This document shows positions 19,800 through 29,036 of a stretch of 64,000 nucleotides of DNA, piece by piece (the first letter of the stretch is position 1; each line of letters starts with the position of its first letter). The stretch comes from Dehalococcoidia bacterium (GTDB lineage Bacteria > Chloroflexota > Dehalococcoidia > SM23-28-2 > RBG-16-64-32). Under the pieces are notes generated by a model. That model did not search any database and was not told the DNA's origin. It saw only the letters and a program-made list of their open reading frames with translations. The stretch is from contig CAXXTF010000002.1 of NCBI GenBank assembly GCA_963665775.2, positions 576,001 through 640,000 on the forward strand. Direction: 5' to 3'. The position numbers were made by a program, and so were the translations under genes.

Positions 19800-20609
19800 A
19801 TGGCTAGTACCATAGCGGATAATTCAGGGGGAGACGATGGGTTGAGGACGCCGGTAGTAGCAGGCAACTGGAAGTGCCACACGCGGCTGGCCAGCGCGCG
19901 CCAGCTCGTGGCCGGGCTGCGGGGCCGCATCGATGCCGTCGACGGCGTGGAGAAGGTGGTCTGTCCGCCATTCGTCTATCTGGGGGTAGCGGCGGAGGCG
20001 CTGGTCGATTCGTCCCTAAGGGTGGGAGCGCAAGACGTCCACTGGGAGGACGACGTTGCCGCCACCGGCCAGATTGGCCCGAAGATGCTGGCGGAGCTGG
20101 TGCAGTACGTGATCATCGGCCACTCCGAGCGGCGTCACCAGCTCGGCGAGACGGAGGCGATGGTGCGCCGGAAGGTGGAGGCGGCCCTGGCGGCCGGGCT
20201 CAAGCCCATCATGTGCGTGGGGGAGACGCTGGGGGAGCGCGAGGCGGGCCGGACCGAGGAGATGCTGGTGCGGCAGACCCGCAGCGCCCTGGAGGGGATC
20301 GATCTGCCCGCCGGCTTCATCGTGGCGTACGAGCCGGTGTGGGCCATCGGCACGGGAACCGCGGCCACCAGCGAGGACGCGGACAGCGCCATCGGCCTGA
20401 TAAGGCAAGAGGTGGCGGCGATGTTCGGGCCGGCAAAGGCGGAGACGGTACGCATCCTCTATGGCGGCAGCGTGACGGCGGAGAACGTCGCCGAGCTCCT
20501 CTCGCGAGTCGGGATCGACGGGGCTCTGGTGGGTGGGGCGAGCCTGAAGATGGACGCCTTCTCGGGCATCGTGAAGGAGGCGGCGCGGGTGAAGGCGGGC
20601 GCCTCGTGA
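19800..20609 (+). CDS. tpiA: Triosephosphate isomerase (start may be further downstream)
   Basis: 'AGNWK', 'GHSERR', 'AYEPVWAIGTG', 'LVGGASL'. Confidence 0.97.
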   Translation: MASTIADNSGGDDGLRTPVVAGNWKCHTRLASARQLVAGLRGRIDAVDGVEKVVCPPFVYLGVAAEALVDSSLRVGAQDVHWEDDVAATGQIGPKMLAELVQYVIIGHSERRHQLGETEAMVRRKVEAALAAGLKPIMCVGETLGEREAGRTEEMLVRQTRSALEGIDLPAGFIVAYEPVWAIGTGTAATSEDADSAIGLIRQEVAAMFGPAKAETVRILYGGSVTAENVAELLSRVGIDGALVGGASLKMDAFSGIVKEAARVKAGAS

Positions 20610-21553
20610 CACGAAGGCTGGTCGCCATCGTGGGGCCGACGGCGGCCGGGAAGACGGCCCTGGCCGCCGAGCTGGCGCACCGGTTGCCTGGGGAGATCGT
20701 CGGGGCCGATTCGCGGCAGGTGTACCGCCACATGGACATCGGCACGGCCAAGCCCACGGACGGCGAACGGGCGGCGGCGCCACATCACCTCATAGACGTG
20801 GTGTACCCGGACGAGCCGTTCAGCCTGGGGCGCTGGCTGGATCTGGCCCTGGAGGCCCTGGACGGAATCTGGTCCCGTGGCAAGCAGCCCTTTCTTGTGG
20901 GTGGTACGGGGCAGTACGTGTGGGCGCTGCTGGAAGGGTGGCAGGTGCCACGGGTGCCCCCGCAGAGAGAGCTGCGGCGGGAACTGGAAGCCCAGCCCGT
21001 TAGCGCTTTGATCGAGGAGTTACGTCGGGCCGACCCGGAGTCCGCCGCTCAGATCGACCCACGGAACGCGCGTCGGGTCATCAGGGCGCTAGAGGTGTAC
21101 CGGGTTACGGGGAAGCCCCTCTCCTACTGGCGGACCAAGGCGCCGCCGTCTTTCCAGACGCTGGTCATCGGACTGAGGATGCCACGGGAGGAGCTCCATC
21201 GGCGCACCGACTCACGGGTGGACCGGATGATGGATGGTGGCCTCATTAGCGAGGTGCAGCGGCTACTGGCGATGGGCTACGGGCGGGAGCTACCGTCCAT
21301 GTCTGGCATCGGCTATCGGGAGATATGCCAGTACCTGGCCGCAGAGATGGACCTGATAGAGGCCACCACCAGGATCAAGATGGGGACGCACCGGCTGGCT
21401 CGACACCAGAGCTCGTGGTTCAAGCCGGACGACCCGCGCATTCGTTGGATCGAGGCGGGGGAGAGTGCTGCGGAGGCGGCGACACGCCTCGTGGTGGAAT
21501 GGCTGGGCGCGGTCGGGCCCGCGGAGCGCCGGGCAGCGAAGGTGATTCGATGA
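20606..21553 (+). CDS. miaA: tRNA dimethylallyltransferase
   Basis: GTG overlapping the tpiA stop; 'GPTAAGKT', 'DSRQVYRHMDIGTAKP', 'VGGTGQY'. Confidence 0.96.
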   Translation: MTRRLVAIVGPTAAGKTALAAELAHRLPGEIVGADSRQVYRHMDIGTAKPTDGERAAAPHHLIDVVYPDEPFSLGRWLDLALEALDGIWSRGKQPFLVGGTGQYVWALLEGWQVPRVPPQRELRRELEAQPVSALIEELRRADPESAAQIDPRNARRVIRALEVYRVTGKPLSYWRTKAPPSFQTLVIGLRMPREELHRRTDSRVDRMMDGGLISEVQRLLAMGYGRELPSMSGIGYREICQYLAAEMDLIEATTRIKMGTHRLARHQSSWFKPDDPRIRWIEAGESAAEAATRLVVEWLGAVGPAERRAAKVIR

Positions 21554-22389
21554 AGTTCGTCAAGATGCAGGGAACGGGAAACGACTTCATCCTCGTCGAG
21601 GCGAAGGGGGAGGAGAAGGACTGGCCCCAGCTAGCGCTGGAGATGTGCGACCGCCACTTCGGGGTGGGAGCGGACGGACTGATGCTGGTTCTGCCCTCGC
21701 AACGAGCGGACGTGGCCATGCGCTTGTTCAACGTCGACGGCTCGGAGGCGGAGGTCAGCGGCAACGGCGTGCGCTGCCTGGTTAAGTATGCGGTGGAGCG
21801 CGGCCTAACAGCGGCAACCTCCGGCCGAGTTACGGTAGAAGCGGCCTCCGGCCTGCTGGCAGCGGAGGTATTCGCCGAGGCGGGACAACTGAGCGGTGTG
21901 CGCCTGGCCATGGGAGCGCCACGCTTCCTGCCGGCGGAGATACCGGTGCTGGCCGACACGGAGCCACCGCTGCTGGATTTACCCCTGGACATAGAGGGGC
22001 AGCGGCTGCGGGTCACCTGTCTCTCCATGGGCAACCCCCACGCGGTGCTCTTCTTCGCTCAACCCGTCGAGCGCTACCCGTTGGAGCGGGTGGGGCCTAC
22101 GGTAGAGCGCCACCCCAGCTTCCCGCAGCGAGTGAACTTCGGGGTAGCACGCGTGTTGGGCCGCGCCCGCATGGAGCTGCGGGTGTGGGAGCGAGGGGTG
22201 GGGGAGACGCTGGCCTGCGGGTCGGGCTCCTGTGCCGCCATGGTCGCCGCCCGCTTGCACCACCTGGTAGAGGACCAAGTTGACATAAGTCAGCCGGGCG
22301 GCACACTGACCGTAGAATGGGACGGTAGGGGAGAGGTCTACCTGACCGGGCCGGCCAAGTTCGTCTTCGAGGGAGAGTGGAAGAAGTGA
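21550..22389 (+). CDS. dapF: Diaminopimelate epimerase
   Basis: 'MKFVKMQGTGNDF', 'SGNGVRC', 'GNPH', 'ERGVGETLACGSG'. Confidence 0.95.
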   Translation: MKFVKMQGTGNDFILVEAKGEEKDWPQLALEMCDRHFGVGADGLMLVLPSQRADVAMRLFNVDGSEAEVSGNGVRCLVKYAVERGLTAATSGRVTVEAASGLLAAEVFAEAGQLSGVRLAMGAPRFLPAEIPVLADTEPPLLDLPLDIEGQRLRVTCLSMGNPHAVLFFAQPVERYPLERVGPTVERHPSFPQRVNFGVARVLGRARMELRVWERGVGETLACGSGSCAAMVAARLHHLVEDQVDISQPGGTLTVEWDGRGEVYLTGPAKFVFEGEWKK

Positions 22390-23549
22390 CGCAGTTCGCC
22401 AAACGGATCGAGAAGCTACCGCCCTACCTCTTCGCGGAGATCAGCCGCAAGATCGCCGAAAAGCGGGCGCAGGGGGTGGACGTTATCTCCTTCGCCATCG
22501 GCGACCCGGACCTGCCGACCCCGGACCACATCCTCGGCGCCCTGACGGAGGCGTCACTGGACCCGACCAACCACCGCTACCCGGAAACGGACGGCCTGCC
22601 GGAGCTGCGAGAGGCGATCGCCGCTTGGTACGAGCGGCGGTTTGGCGTCCAACTGGACCCCCAGAAAGAGGTGCTGCCCCTCATCGGCTCCAAGGAAGGG
22701 ATCGGCCACATCGCTCTCTGCTTCATCGATCCCGGAGACGTGGCGCTCGTGCCCGACCCCGGCTACCCGGTGTACGCCGTAGGGACGATGTTCGCCGGCG
22801 GCGAGGCTTACTACCTGCCGCTGCGGGAGGAGAACGAGTTCTTGCCGGACCTGGACTCCGTGCCGCAGGACGTATTGCGACGGGCCAGGCTGCTCTGGTT
22901 AAACTACCCCAACAACCCTACCGGCGCCGTAGCCGACATCGACTTCTTCGAGCGGGCGGCGGCCTTCGCCCGGCGCCACGGGTTTGCGGTCCTCCACGAC
23001 GGACCGTACTCGGAGGTAGCCTTCGACTCCTACCGGCCGCCCAGCTTCCTGCAGGCGGAGGGCGCACGCGAGGTGGGGATCGAGTTCCACTCGCTCTCCA
23101 AGTCCTACAACATGACCGGTTGGCGGATAGGGATGGCCGTGGGCAACGCCGCCATCATCGACGCCCTGATGCGGGTGAAGTCCAATCTGGACTCCGGGAT
23201 ACCGCAGGCCATCCAGCGCATGGCGATCGCCGCCCTGGAGGGGCCGCAGGACTGCATCGAGGAGCACAATCAGGTGTATCAGCGACGGCGCGATCGGCTG
23301 GTGGCGGCGCTTTCGGCCATGGGGCTGCGCCTGCGCCCGTCCAGGGCCAGCCTCTACCTCTGGGCACGGGTGCCGGATCGGACGACGAGCATGGAGTTCG
23401 CCACGCGGCTGCTGGACGAGGCGGGCGTTGTAGTAACGCCCGGGGCCAGCTACGGCCCCAGCGGCGAGGGGTACGTGCGGCTCTCCCTGACGATAGCCGA
23501 CGAGCGGCTGGAGGAGGGAGTGCGGCGGCTGGAGGGGCTGCGGGGGTAG
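22386..23549 (+). CDS. dapL: LL-diaminopimelate aminotransferase
   Basis: 'LPPYLFAEI', 'GSKEGI', 'NYPNNPTGA', 'HSLSKSYNMTGWRIG'; adjacent to dapF. Confidence 0.9.
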   Translation: MTQFAKRIEKLPPYLFAEISRKIAEKRAQGVDVISFAIGDPDLPTPDHILGALTEASLDPTNHRYPETDGLPELREAIAAWYERRFGVQLDPQKEVLPLIGSKEGIGHIALCFIDPGDVALVPDPGYPVYAVGTMFAGGEAYYLPLREENEFLPDLDSVPQDVLRRARLLWLNYPNNPTGAVADIDFFERAAAFARRHGFAVLHDGPYSEVAFDSYRPPSFLQAEGAREVGIEFHSLSKSYNMTGWRIGMAVGNAAIIDALMRVKSNLDSGIPQAIQRMAIAALEGPQDCIEEHNQVYQRRRDRLVAALSAMGLRLRPSRASLYLWARVPDRTTSMEFATRLLDEAGVVVTPGASYGPSGEGYVRLSLTIADERLEEGVRRLEGLRG

Positions 23550-23556
23550 CGTCCCC

Positions 23557-24270
23557 TTACGCCGCAGCCGTCTCCGCCTCCGATAGCCGCCACAGGCCAA
23601 CGCCCGAGCCCAGGATCCAGATGAAGCCCAGGATGGAGCTGATATTATCGACCGTTTCGAACGCTTCCGCCGCCAGGAAGAAAGCGCCGATAATGCCGAG
23701 GACTCCGCTGGCTATGCCGATCCAGCCCACCACCGACCAGAAGCGCTGTCCCAGCCGCAGCATCACCAGGCTGGCGGTTATGGCCGCTATGCTGATGGTC
23801 ACGCTGAACATGGCGAACATGACATCGCTGGCCCACGCCAGGGCCTTGGCATCGGACAGCAGTATGGCGCGGGTGGCCTCGTCGCCCGCCTCGTCCCAGG
23901 CGGGGAGAATGTAGGCCGTGAAGGTGGCCATAGGTGCGGTGCCCAGAACGCTGAGCATGGCCGCCAGCACGGCAAAAAGGACGGCGACGCGCATGTAGCT
24001 CTCGCCCCAGCGTCGCAGGCCGTAGTACAGCCCCAGGCTGTAGGGCACTAGGAGCAGGGCGGAGAAGGCGAACAGCCACACCAGCGCAATGACGAATTTC
24101 TTGTTATCAGATACGTCGTCTAAGAACTCTGCGGTCTCTGTCCTCGGGTTGGCCCCGGAAAGGCTCTCAAAGCTGGCGATCGCAACGACGAGCGTCGCTA
24201 CCAGCAGGAAAGCGGCCACCGCCCCCACCTTCATGAAGTTGATCTCCCGGGGAATCGCGACCATTCGCAT
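23557..24270 (-). CDS. Multi-pass membrane protein (DUF4386-like)
   Basis: About six hydrophobic segments, 'GWIG', 'FIW' near the C-terminus. Confidence 0.6.
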   Translation of the reverse strand: MRMVAIPREINFMKVGAVAAFLLVATLVVAIASFESLSGANPRTETAEFLDDVSDNKKFVIALVWLFAFSALLLVPYSLGLYYGLRRWGESYMRVAVLFAVLAAMLSVLGTAPMATFTAYILPAWDEAGDEATRAILLSDAKALAWASDVMFAMFSVTISIAAITASLVMLRLGQRFWSVVGWIGIASGVLGIIGAFFLAAEAFETVDNISSILGFIWILGSGVGLWRLSEAETAAA

Positions 24271-24332
24271 GGCTTCTCCTTACCTAGCACCTGCAGAACT
24301 CTCGTGGGGTCCACGGCCCGCACCTTCGCCCC

Positions 24333-25649
24333 ATGGGACGCCGTGGGGGGAAGATGGTTAACGATAAAGGCGTATACTGGGATCGGAAGGCTCAGCAGGC
24401 CTCAGTAACGCGTCATTCGGAGGTTAGCAGACCCATCGCCAAGACGTTACATCAAACGGCAGAGCCCCAGGAGCGGGCATTCCTGGTAGCAGCCGAGGTC
24501 AAAGGCCGCGGTGACGGCTGGACGGGCGACAGCTCCCTGGACGAGCTCTCGCTCCTGGCGGACACGGCCGGAGCACGGGTCGTCGGCCGAACGATTCAGC
24601 GGCTGGACGGGCCGCAGCGGGCGACCTACGTCGGTAAGGGGAAGCTCCAGGAGGTCGCCTCGCAGCGACTCGCCCTGAACTTTTCGACGGTCATCTTCGA
24701 CGACGAACTATCGCCGTCGCAGCAACGGAACCTGGAGACCGCTCTCAAGGTGAAGGTGCTGGACCGGACGGCCCTGATCCTCGACATCTTCGCCCAGCAC
24801 GCCCACACACGAGAGGGGAGACTGCAGGTAGAGCTGGCCCAGCACGAATACCTCCTGCCGCGGCTGCGCGGCCAGTGGTCTCACCTGGAACGGTTGGAGG
24901 GGCGCATCGGCACCCGCGGCCCCGGCGAAACGCAGCTGGAGACGGACCGCCGACTGATCCGGGAGAAGATTCGCAGGCTCAAACGGCAGATCGAGGCGGT
25001 GCGACAGCAGCGGGCGCTGCACCGCCGCCAGCGGGCCCGTCAGGGCATGCCCGTGGTTTCCCTCGTCGGATACACGAACGCCGGCAAGAGCACCCTCATG
25101 CGCGCCCTCTCCGGCGCAAACGTACTTGTCGAAGACAAGCCTTTCGCTACCCTTGACCCTGTAACGCGACGGCTACGCCTACCGTCGGGAGCGACGGCCT
25201 TGCTGACCGACACGGTCGGCTTCATCCAAAAACTGCCGACACAGCTTGTCGCTGCCTTCCGGGCCACACTGGAGGAGCTGCAGGAGGCGACGCTGCTCCT
25301 CCACGTAGTAGACATAACGCATCCAAGCGCGCTGGAGCAGAGCGGCAGCGTGGAGGAGACTCTGAGGTTGCTGCGGTTAGGAGAGAGGCCGCAGCTGACG
25401 GTTCTCAACAAGACAGACCTCCTCACTGACAAGCAGGGAAATCAGACGGTCGACGGCGCCGCGACGGCCGTGCCCGGGATAGCGCTCACCGAATGGCCGC
25501 CGGATACGCTTCTAGTCTCGGCGGCGCAAGGCTGGGGCATGGACGAGCTGCTAGAGCGGATCGAGGGGGCCCTGGCCGCCGGCTCGGAAAAAGCGGCTTA
25601 CAGCCAGGCATACCAGCAGGGGATAACCAGCGCCCTGAGCCAGCAGTAG
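24333..25649 (+). CDS. hflX: GTPase HflX (true start possibly ATC at 24435)
   Basis: 'DDELSPSQQRNLE', 'GPGETQLE', 'GYTNAGKST', 'FATLDP', 'DTVGFI'. Confidence 0.96.
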   Translation: MGRRGGKMVNDKGVYWDRKAQQASVTRHSEVSRPIAKTLHQTAEPQERAFLVAAEVKGRGDGWTGDSSLDELSLLADTAGARVVGRTIQRLDGPQRATYVGKGKLQEVASQRLALNFSTVIFDDELSPSQQRNLETALKVKVLDRTALILDIFAQHAHTREGRLQVELAQHEYLLPRLRGQWSHLERLEGRIGTRGPGETQLETDRRLIREKIRRLKRQIEAVRQQRALHRRQRARQGMPVVSLVGYTNAGKSTLMRALSGANVLVEDKPFATLDPVTRRLRLPSGATALLTDTVGFIQKLPTQLVAAFRATLEELQEATLLLHVVDITHPSALEQSGSVEETLRLLRLGERPQLTVLNKTDLLTDKQGNQTVDGAATAVPGIALTEWPPDTLLVSAAQGWGMDELLERIEGALAAGSEKAAYSQAYQQGITSALSQQ

Positions 25650-25751
25650 CCAGCGGCCAGGGCACTCAGCTATATTGACAACAGTCGTAATTACCCCCTT
25701 GACGTAGGTACTTGTTCATGGTACGATATCCCCGAAAGGTAGGTAGAAACC

Positions 25752-26627
25752 ATGAACAAGTACACAATCCGAGACCTCGATAGTCAGTTCCCCACGGACG
25801 ATGCTTGCCTGGACTGGCTGAAGGATTACCTCTACCCCGATGGCATCTTTTGCAAGGTCTGCCAAGCCGTCACTAAGCATCATCGGATTAAGAGCCGCAC
25901 TTCCTACTCATGTGACCGCTGCGGGCACCATGAGCACCCGATGGCCGGAACGATTTTCGAGAACTCACGCACCCCGCTCCGACTGTGGTTCCATGCTGTA
26001 TTTCTCATGGCCTCCACACGCTGCGGCATTTCGGCTAAGCAGCTTGAGCGTCAATTGGGCGTCACCTATAAGACGGCTTGGCGCATGTTCAAGCAGATTC
26101 GTACCCTTCTGGCTGAGCCGCCTAGCCTCCTCTCCGGCCAAGTGGAGGTTGATGAGACCTACATCGGCGGCAGGCCGCGTCAGAGCACCGACAGGCGAAC
26201 CGCCGCCCGAACCCGCATGAGTAACAAGTCTGCGGTTGTTGGCCATGTCCAGCGCGGTGGTAGGCTTCACGCCATCCACCTACCAGATGGTACAGCCAAG
26301 GTGCTGGTGCCCCTAGCTGAACAGTACATCATCCCTGGCTCCACGGTTTACAGCGACGAACTCCCCGCCTACAAGGCGCTTGCCCGTAAGGGCTACCAGC
26401 ACAAGCGGGTCCACCACGCTGCTAAGGTCTACGTTTCCGGCGACGCCCACACCAACACGATTGAGGGCTTTTGGAGCCTGCTGAAGCGCGGCATTGGCGG
26501 CGTCTACCATGCAGTTAGCGCGCAGCATCTACAATCCTACCTGAACGAATACGCATTCCGTTACAACCATCGACGTGATACTCAGCCTATGTTCGAGACG
26601 ATTCTCCGCCAGGTGGAGAAGACTTAG
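25752..26627 (+). CDS. IS1595-family DDE transposase
   Basis: Zn ribbon CKVC...CDRC, HTH 'ISAKQLERQLGVTYKTAWRM', 'VEVDETYIGG', 'YSDE', 'HTNTIEGFW', 'YLNEYAFRYN'. Confidence 0.96.
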   Translation: MNKYTIRDLDSQFPTDDACLDWLKDYLYPDGIFCKVCQAVTKHHRIKSRTSYSCDRCGHHEHPMAGTIFENSRTPLRLWFHAVFLMASTRCGISAKQLERQLGVTYKTAWRMFKQIRTLLAEPPSLLSGQVEVDETYIGGRPRQSTDRRTAARTRMSNKSAVVGHVQRGGRLHAIHLPDGTAKVLVPLAEQYIIPGSTVYSDELPAYKALARKGYQHKRVHHAAKVYVSGDAHTNTIEGFWSLLKRGIGGVYHAVSAQHLQSYLNEYAFRYNHRRDTQPMFETILRQVEKT

Positions 26628-27595
26628 CCCGGCGACTCACTTTCTTGAGAGCTGCTTCGAAGGTCCGACGCGTTAACCCCTGCATCTGCTTCGTCCGCTT
26701 TGGCTTCGGCTTCCTTCCGCTCTTCTTCTGTTGCTGCCCTGGGTCTCGCGACACTAGATCCCTCCTCTGCCAAAATCTTGGAAAGCCTCGCCGCGTCAGT
26801 CGTGATCGACTGGAGCTCTAGCGTGCGCATTGTATTAAACATCGTGGTAAGCTCTTGAGTCACCCGCGACGTGGGCTCGTATTGCATCCTGCCCCCGGCT
26901 ATGACGTGCCAAAGATCAGTAGTGCCGCCGACTCCGGGCGCTTCCTCGGCTCGTTTCTTCGCAAACAGAGCGATACGCATCGCTGAAAACCAATTTCTCT
27001 TGGGGCTGTACATCGCATGAGCAAATTCCGCTTCAGCATGCCCAGCGCCAATCCCTATCGCACAGAAGCCCGTTCCGGTCCAATTGCGCTCCCATCCAGG
27101 CCCCTCAATCGTATATAACTGAGCGTACTCCTGACCCTCTAGGGTATCGAATCCAGCGATGATGATTGAGCCTAAGTCGTTGTCGTCATCACCAATTAGG
27201 ATGCTTAACCGCTCGAAAAAGTCTGGTGTCCACTCTTTCTGACGGCTGATGAGACTGTCAACATCGAGACCGCAAGGGTGAAGATAGCGCCTCTCTACGT
27301 CTCTACGACGAATAGCCTGTACTTCCACTGCGACGACCTTCGCTAACTCCTGAACCGTACAGTCCTTCTCTACTCGCTTCCACGCATTCATGTACGCTTC
27401 ATAGAGAGAGTCAACCGATCCCGACATCAATACTGCCGTATTGTCACGAAACCAAGTCACCTTGGTCTGGTCAGCTAGTTCGTACTCTCGTATGCGTCTC
27501 GCGGTTATCATTCGGTCAGATGCTAAAATGATAGCTGAGCGCTGGACGCCCTCCGTGTCCAGGTAGGTAGACAATGCCGCTATGCAAACCGTCAT
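26624..27595 (-). CDS. Proteasome beta-subunit-like (Ntn-hydrolase) protein, IS passenger
   Basis: Begins M-T-VCIAA; 'ILASDRMIT', Lys in 'QTKV', 'IIIAGFD', 'LYTI', 'FCAIGIGAGHA', 'APGVGG'; alternative start 27649 adds an 18-aa basic extension. Confidence 0.7.
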   Translation of the reverse strand: MTVCIAALSTYLDTEGVQRSAIILASDRMITARRIREYELADQTKVTWFRDNTAVLMSGSVDSLYEAYMNAWKRVEKDCTVQELAKVVAVEVQAIRRRDVERRYLHPCGLDVDSLISRQKEWTPDFFERLSILIGDDDNDLGSIIIAGFDTLEGQEYAQLYTIEGPGWERNWTGTGFCAIGIGAGHAEAEFAHAMYSPKRNWFSAMRIALFAKKRAEEAPGVGGTTDLWHVIAGGRMQYEPTSRVTQELTTMFNTMRTLELQSITTDAARLSKILAEEGSSVARPRAATEEERKEAEAKADEADAGVNASDLRSSSQESESPG

Positions 27596-27719
27596 AGGCC
27601 GTCGTCTCCGCAGTACTCTCTTGCGCTTAAGGCGCTGCTGGGATATCATATCCCCGCTCCCCTACCTACGTCAAGGGGATAATTACGACAACAGTCGATA
27701 TAAGGCCTATCATAGCGTC

Positions 27720-28079
27720 ATGGCTATGGAAGTGAAGGTCACCAGCGAGAAGGGCTGCTGCGACGTGGAGGAGGAGCCGCTCAGGGAGGCGGCGTCCGCT
27801 ACGGATAGCGCCCTGGCCGATGCGGCAACGCTGTTCAAGGCGCTCTCCGATGAAACGCGGTTGGGCATCCTGCGAACGATGGCGCACTCTGGAGTAGAGG
27901 TGTGCGAGTGTGAGATAGTGCCCCTGTTTGGGCTATCGCAGTCGACGATCTCCTACCACCTGAAGGTGTTGCGCGAGGCGGGGTTCGTGGAGTGCGAGAA
28001 GCGGGGGCTGTGGAGGTACTGTAGAGTCAACCCGCGCGCTTTGATGGCCGCGGTAAAGACGCTGGCCGAGCTGGCCTAA
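27720..28079 (+). CDS. arsR: ArsR/SmtB family metalloregulator
   Basis: 'FKALSDETRLGIL', 'VCECEI', 'SQSTISYHLKVLREAG'; N-terminal CC; upstream of arsM. Confidence 0.92.
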   Translation: MAMEVKVTSEKGCCDVEEEPLREAASATDSALADAATLFKALSDETRLGILRTMAHSGVEVCECEIVPLFGLSQSTISYHLKVLREAGFVECEKRGLWRYCRVNPRALMAAVKTLAELA

Positions 28080-28095
28080 ATCGATAGATATCGAT
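28080..28095. promoter_or_regulatory. Palindrome ATCGAT-N4-ATCGAT, probable second ArsR operator
   Basis: Perfect dyad between arsR and arsM with the same N4 geometry as the reconstructed upstream operator. Confidence 0.55.
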
Positions 28096-28112
28096 AGAGA
28101 GGAGGGTTACCC

Positions 28113-28952
28113 ATGACCACCGAGCGAGAGATCAAGGAGACGGTGCGCGAGCGTTATGCTGAGAGCGCACGTCAAGTAAAAGCGGCGGACGAGACGTCCT
28201 GTTGCGGGTCCGACTGTTGCGGGTCCGAGACTACGGCGGACGTGACCAGCTCCAAGCTCTACACGACGGACGAGCTCCAGGAGCTGCCGCAGGAGGCGGT
28301 GGCCGCCTCCCTGGGCTGCGGCAACCCGGTGGCGATGGCGGAGCTTCGCCAGGGCGAGGTAGTGCTGGACCTCGGCTCCGGCGGTGGCATCGACGTGCTC
28401 CTCTCGGCGCGTAGGGTCGGTCCCACGGGCAAGGCCTACGGGTTGGACATGACGGACGAGATGCTGGAGCTGGCCAGGGAGAACCAGCGCCAGGCCCGAG
28501 TCACCAACGCCGAGTTCCTAAAGGGCGAAATGGAGGATTTACCCCTACCGAACGGCTCCGTGAACGTGATCATAAGCAATTGCGTGATCAACCTTTCGCC
28601 GGACAAAGACCGGGTGCTACGGGAAGCGTACCGGGTGTTGGAGCCGGGCGGCCGCATCGCCATCGCGGACATCCTGACCAGGGGAGAGATGCCACCAGCG
28701 CTGAAGCGCGATATGGAGCTATGGGCGGGCTGCGTAGCGGGAGCGCTATCGGAGGTAGCGTACCGGAGCAAGCTAGAGGCAGCCGGTTTCCAAGAAGTGG
28801 AGATCGAATCGGTGCCTGAGCACACAGCCACGGGGCTCCGGCGATCGTATGAAGGAGAAGTGCCGGGAACAGAGGACACGCCACCCGGCCCTGCCCACGC
28901 GGAGCGGCTGGGGCTCGCCAGTGTCATCGTGCGGGCAGGGAAGCCGCGGTAG
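28113..28952 (+). CDS. arsM: Arsenite S-adenosylmethyltransferase
   Basis: N-terminal CC..CC, 'SLGCGNP', 'LDLGSGGGID', 'ISNCVINL', 'WAGCVAGA'. Confidence 0.93.
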   Translation: MTTEREIKETVRERYAESARQVKAADETSCCGSDCCGSETTADVTSSKLYTTDELQELPQEAVAASLGCGNPVAMAELRQGEVVLDLGSGGGIDVLLSARRVGPTGKAYGLDMTDEMLELARENQRQARVTNAEFLKGEMEDLPLPNGSVNVIISNCVINLSPDKDRVLREAYRVLEPGGRIAIADILTRGEMPPALKRDMELWAGCVAGALSEVAYRSKLEAAGFQEVEIESVPEHTATGLRRSYEGEVPGTEDTPPGPAHAERLGLASVIVRAGKPR

Positions 28953-29036
28953 GAAGGGCCGTCGTTCAGACGACAAATTGGAGAGCGGCGGCGAAGTCCT
29001 ACGCCGCTATAGAACTAGAAGGGGCCACCCACGGAT

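Larger units (their letters stand above)
25686..27687. mobile_element. IS1595-family insertion sequence with passenger gene (2002 bp)
   Basis: IRL CGTAATTACCCCCTTGACGTAGGTA (25686-25710) and IRR TACCTACGTCAAGGGGATAATTACG (27663-27687) match 24/25; 8-bp direct repeat ACAACAGT at 25678-25685 and 27688-27695. Confidence 0.95.

Noticed and set aside
19874-20605. 559-aa ORF suggesting a large N-terminal extension on MiaA (similarly 21325, 45449, 56541)
   Set aside because: Extensions are alternative-frame read-through over upstream genes in GC-rich DNA; real starts overlap upstream stops
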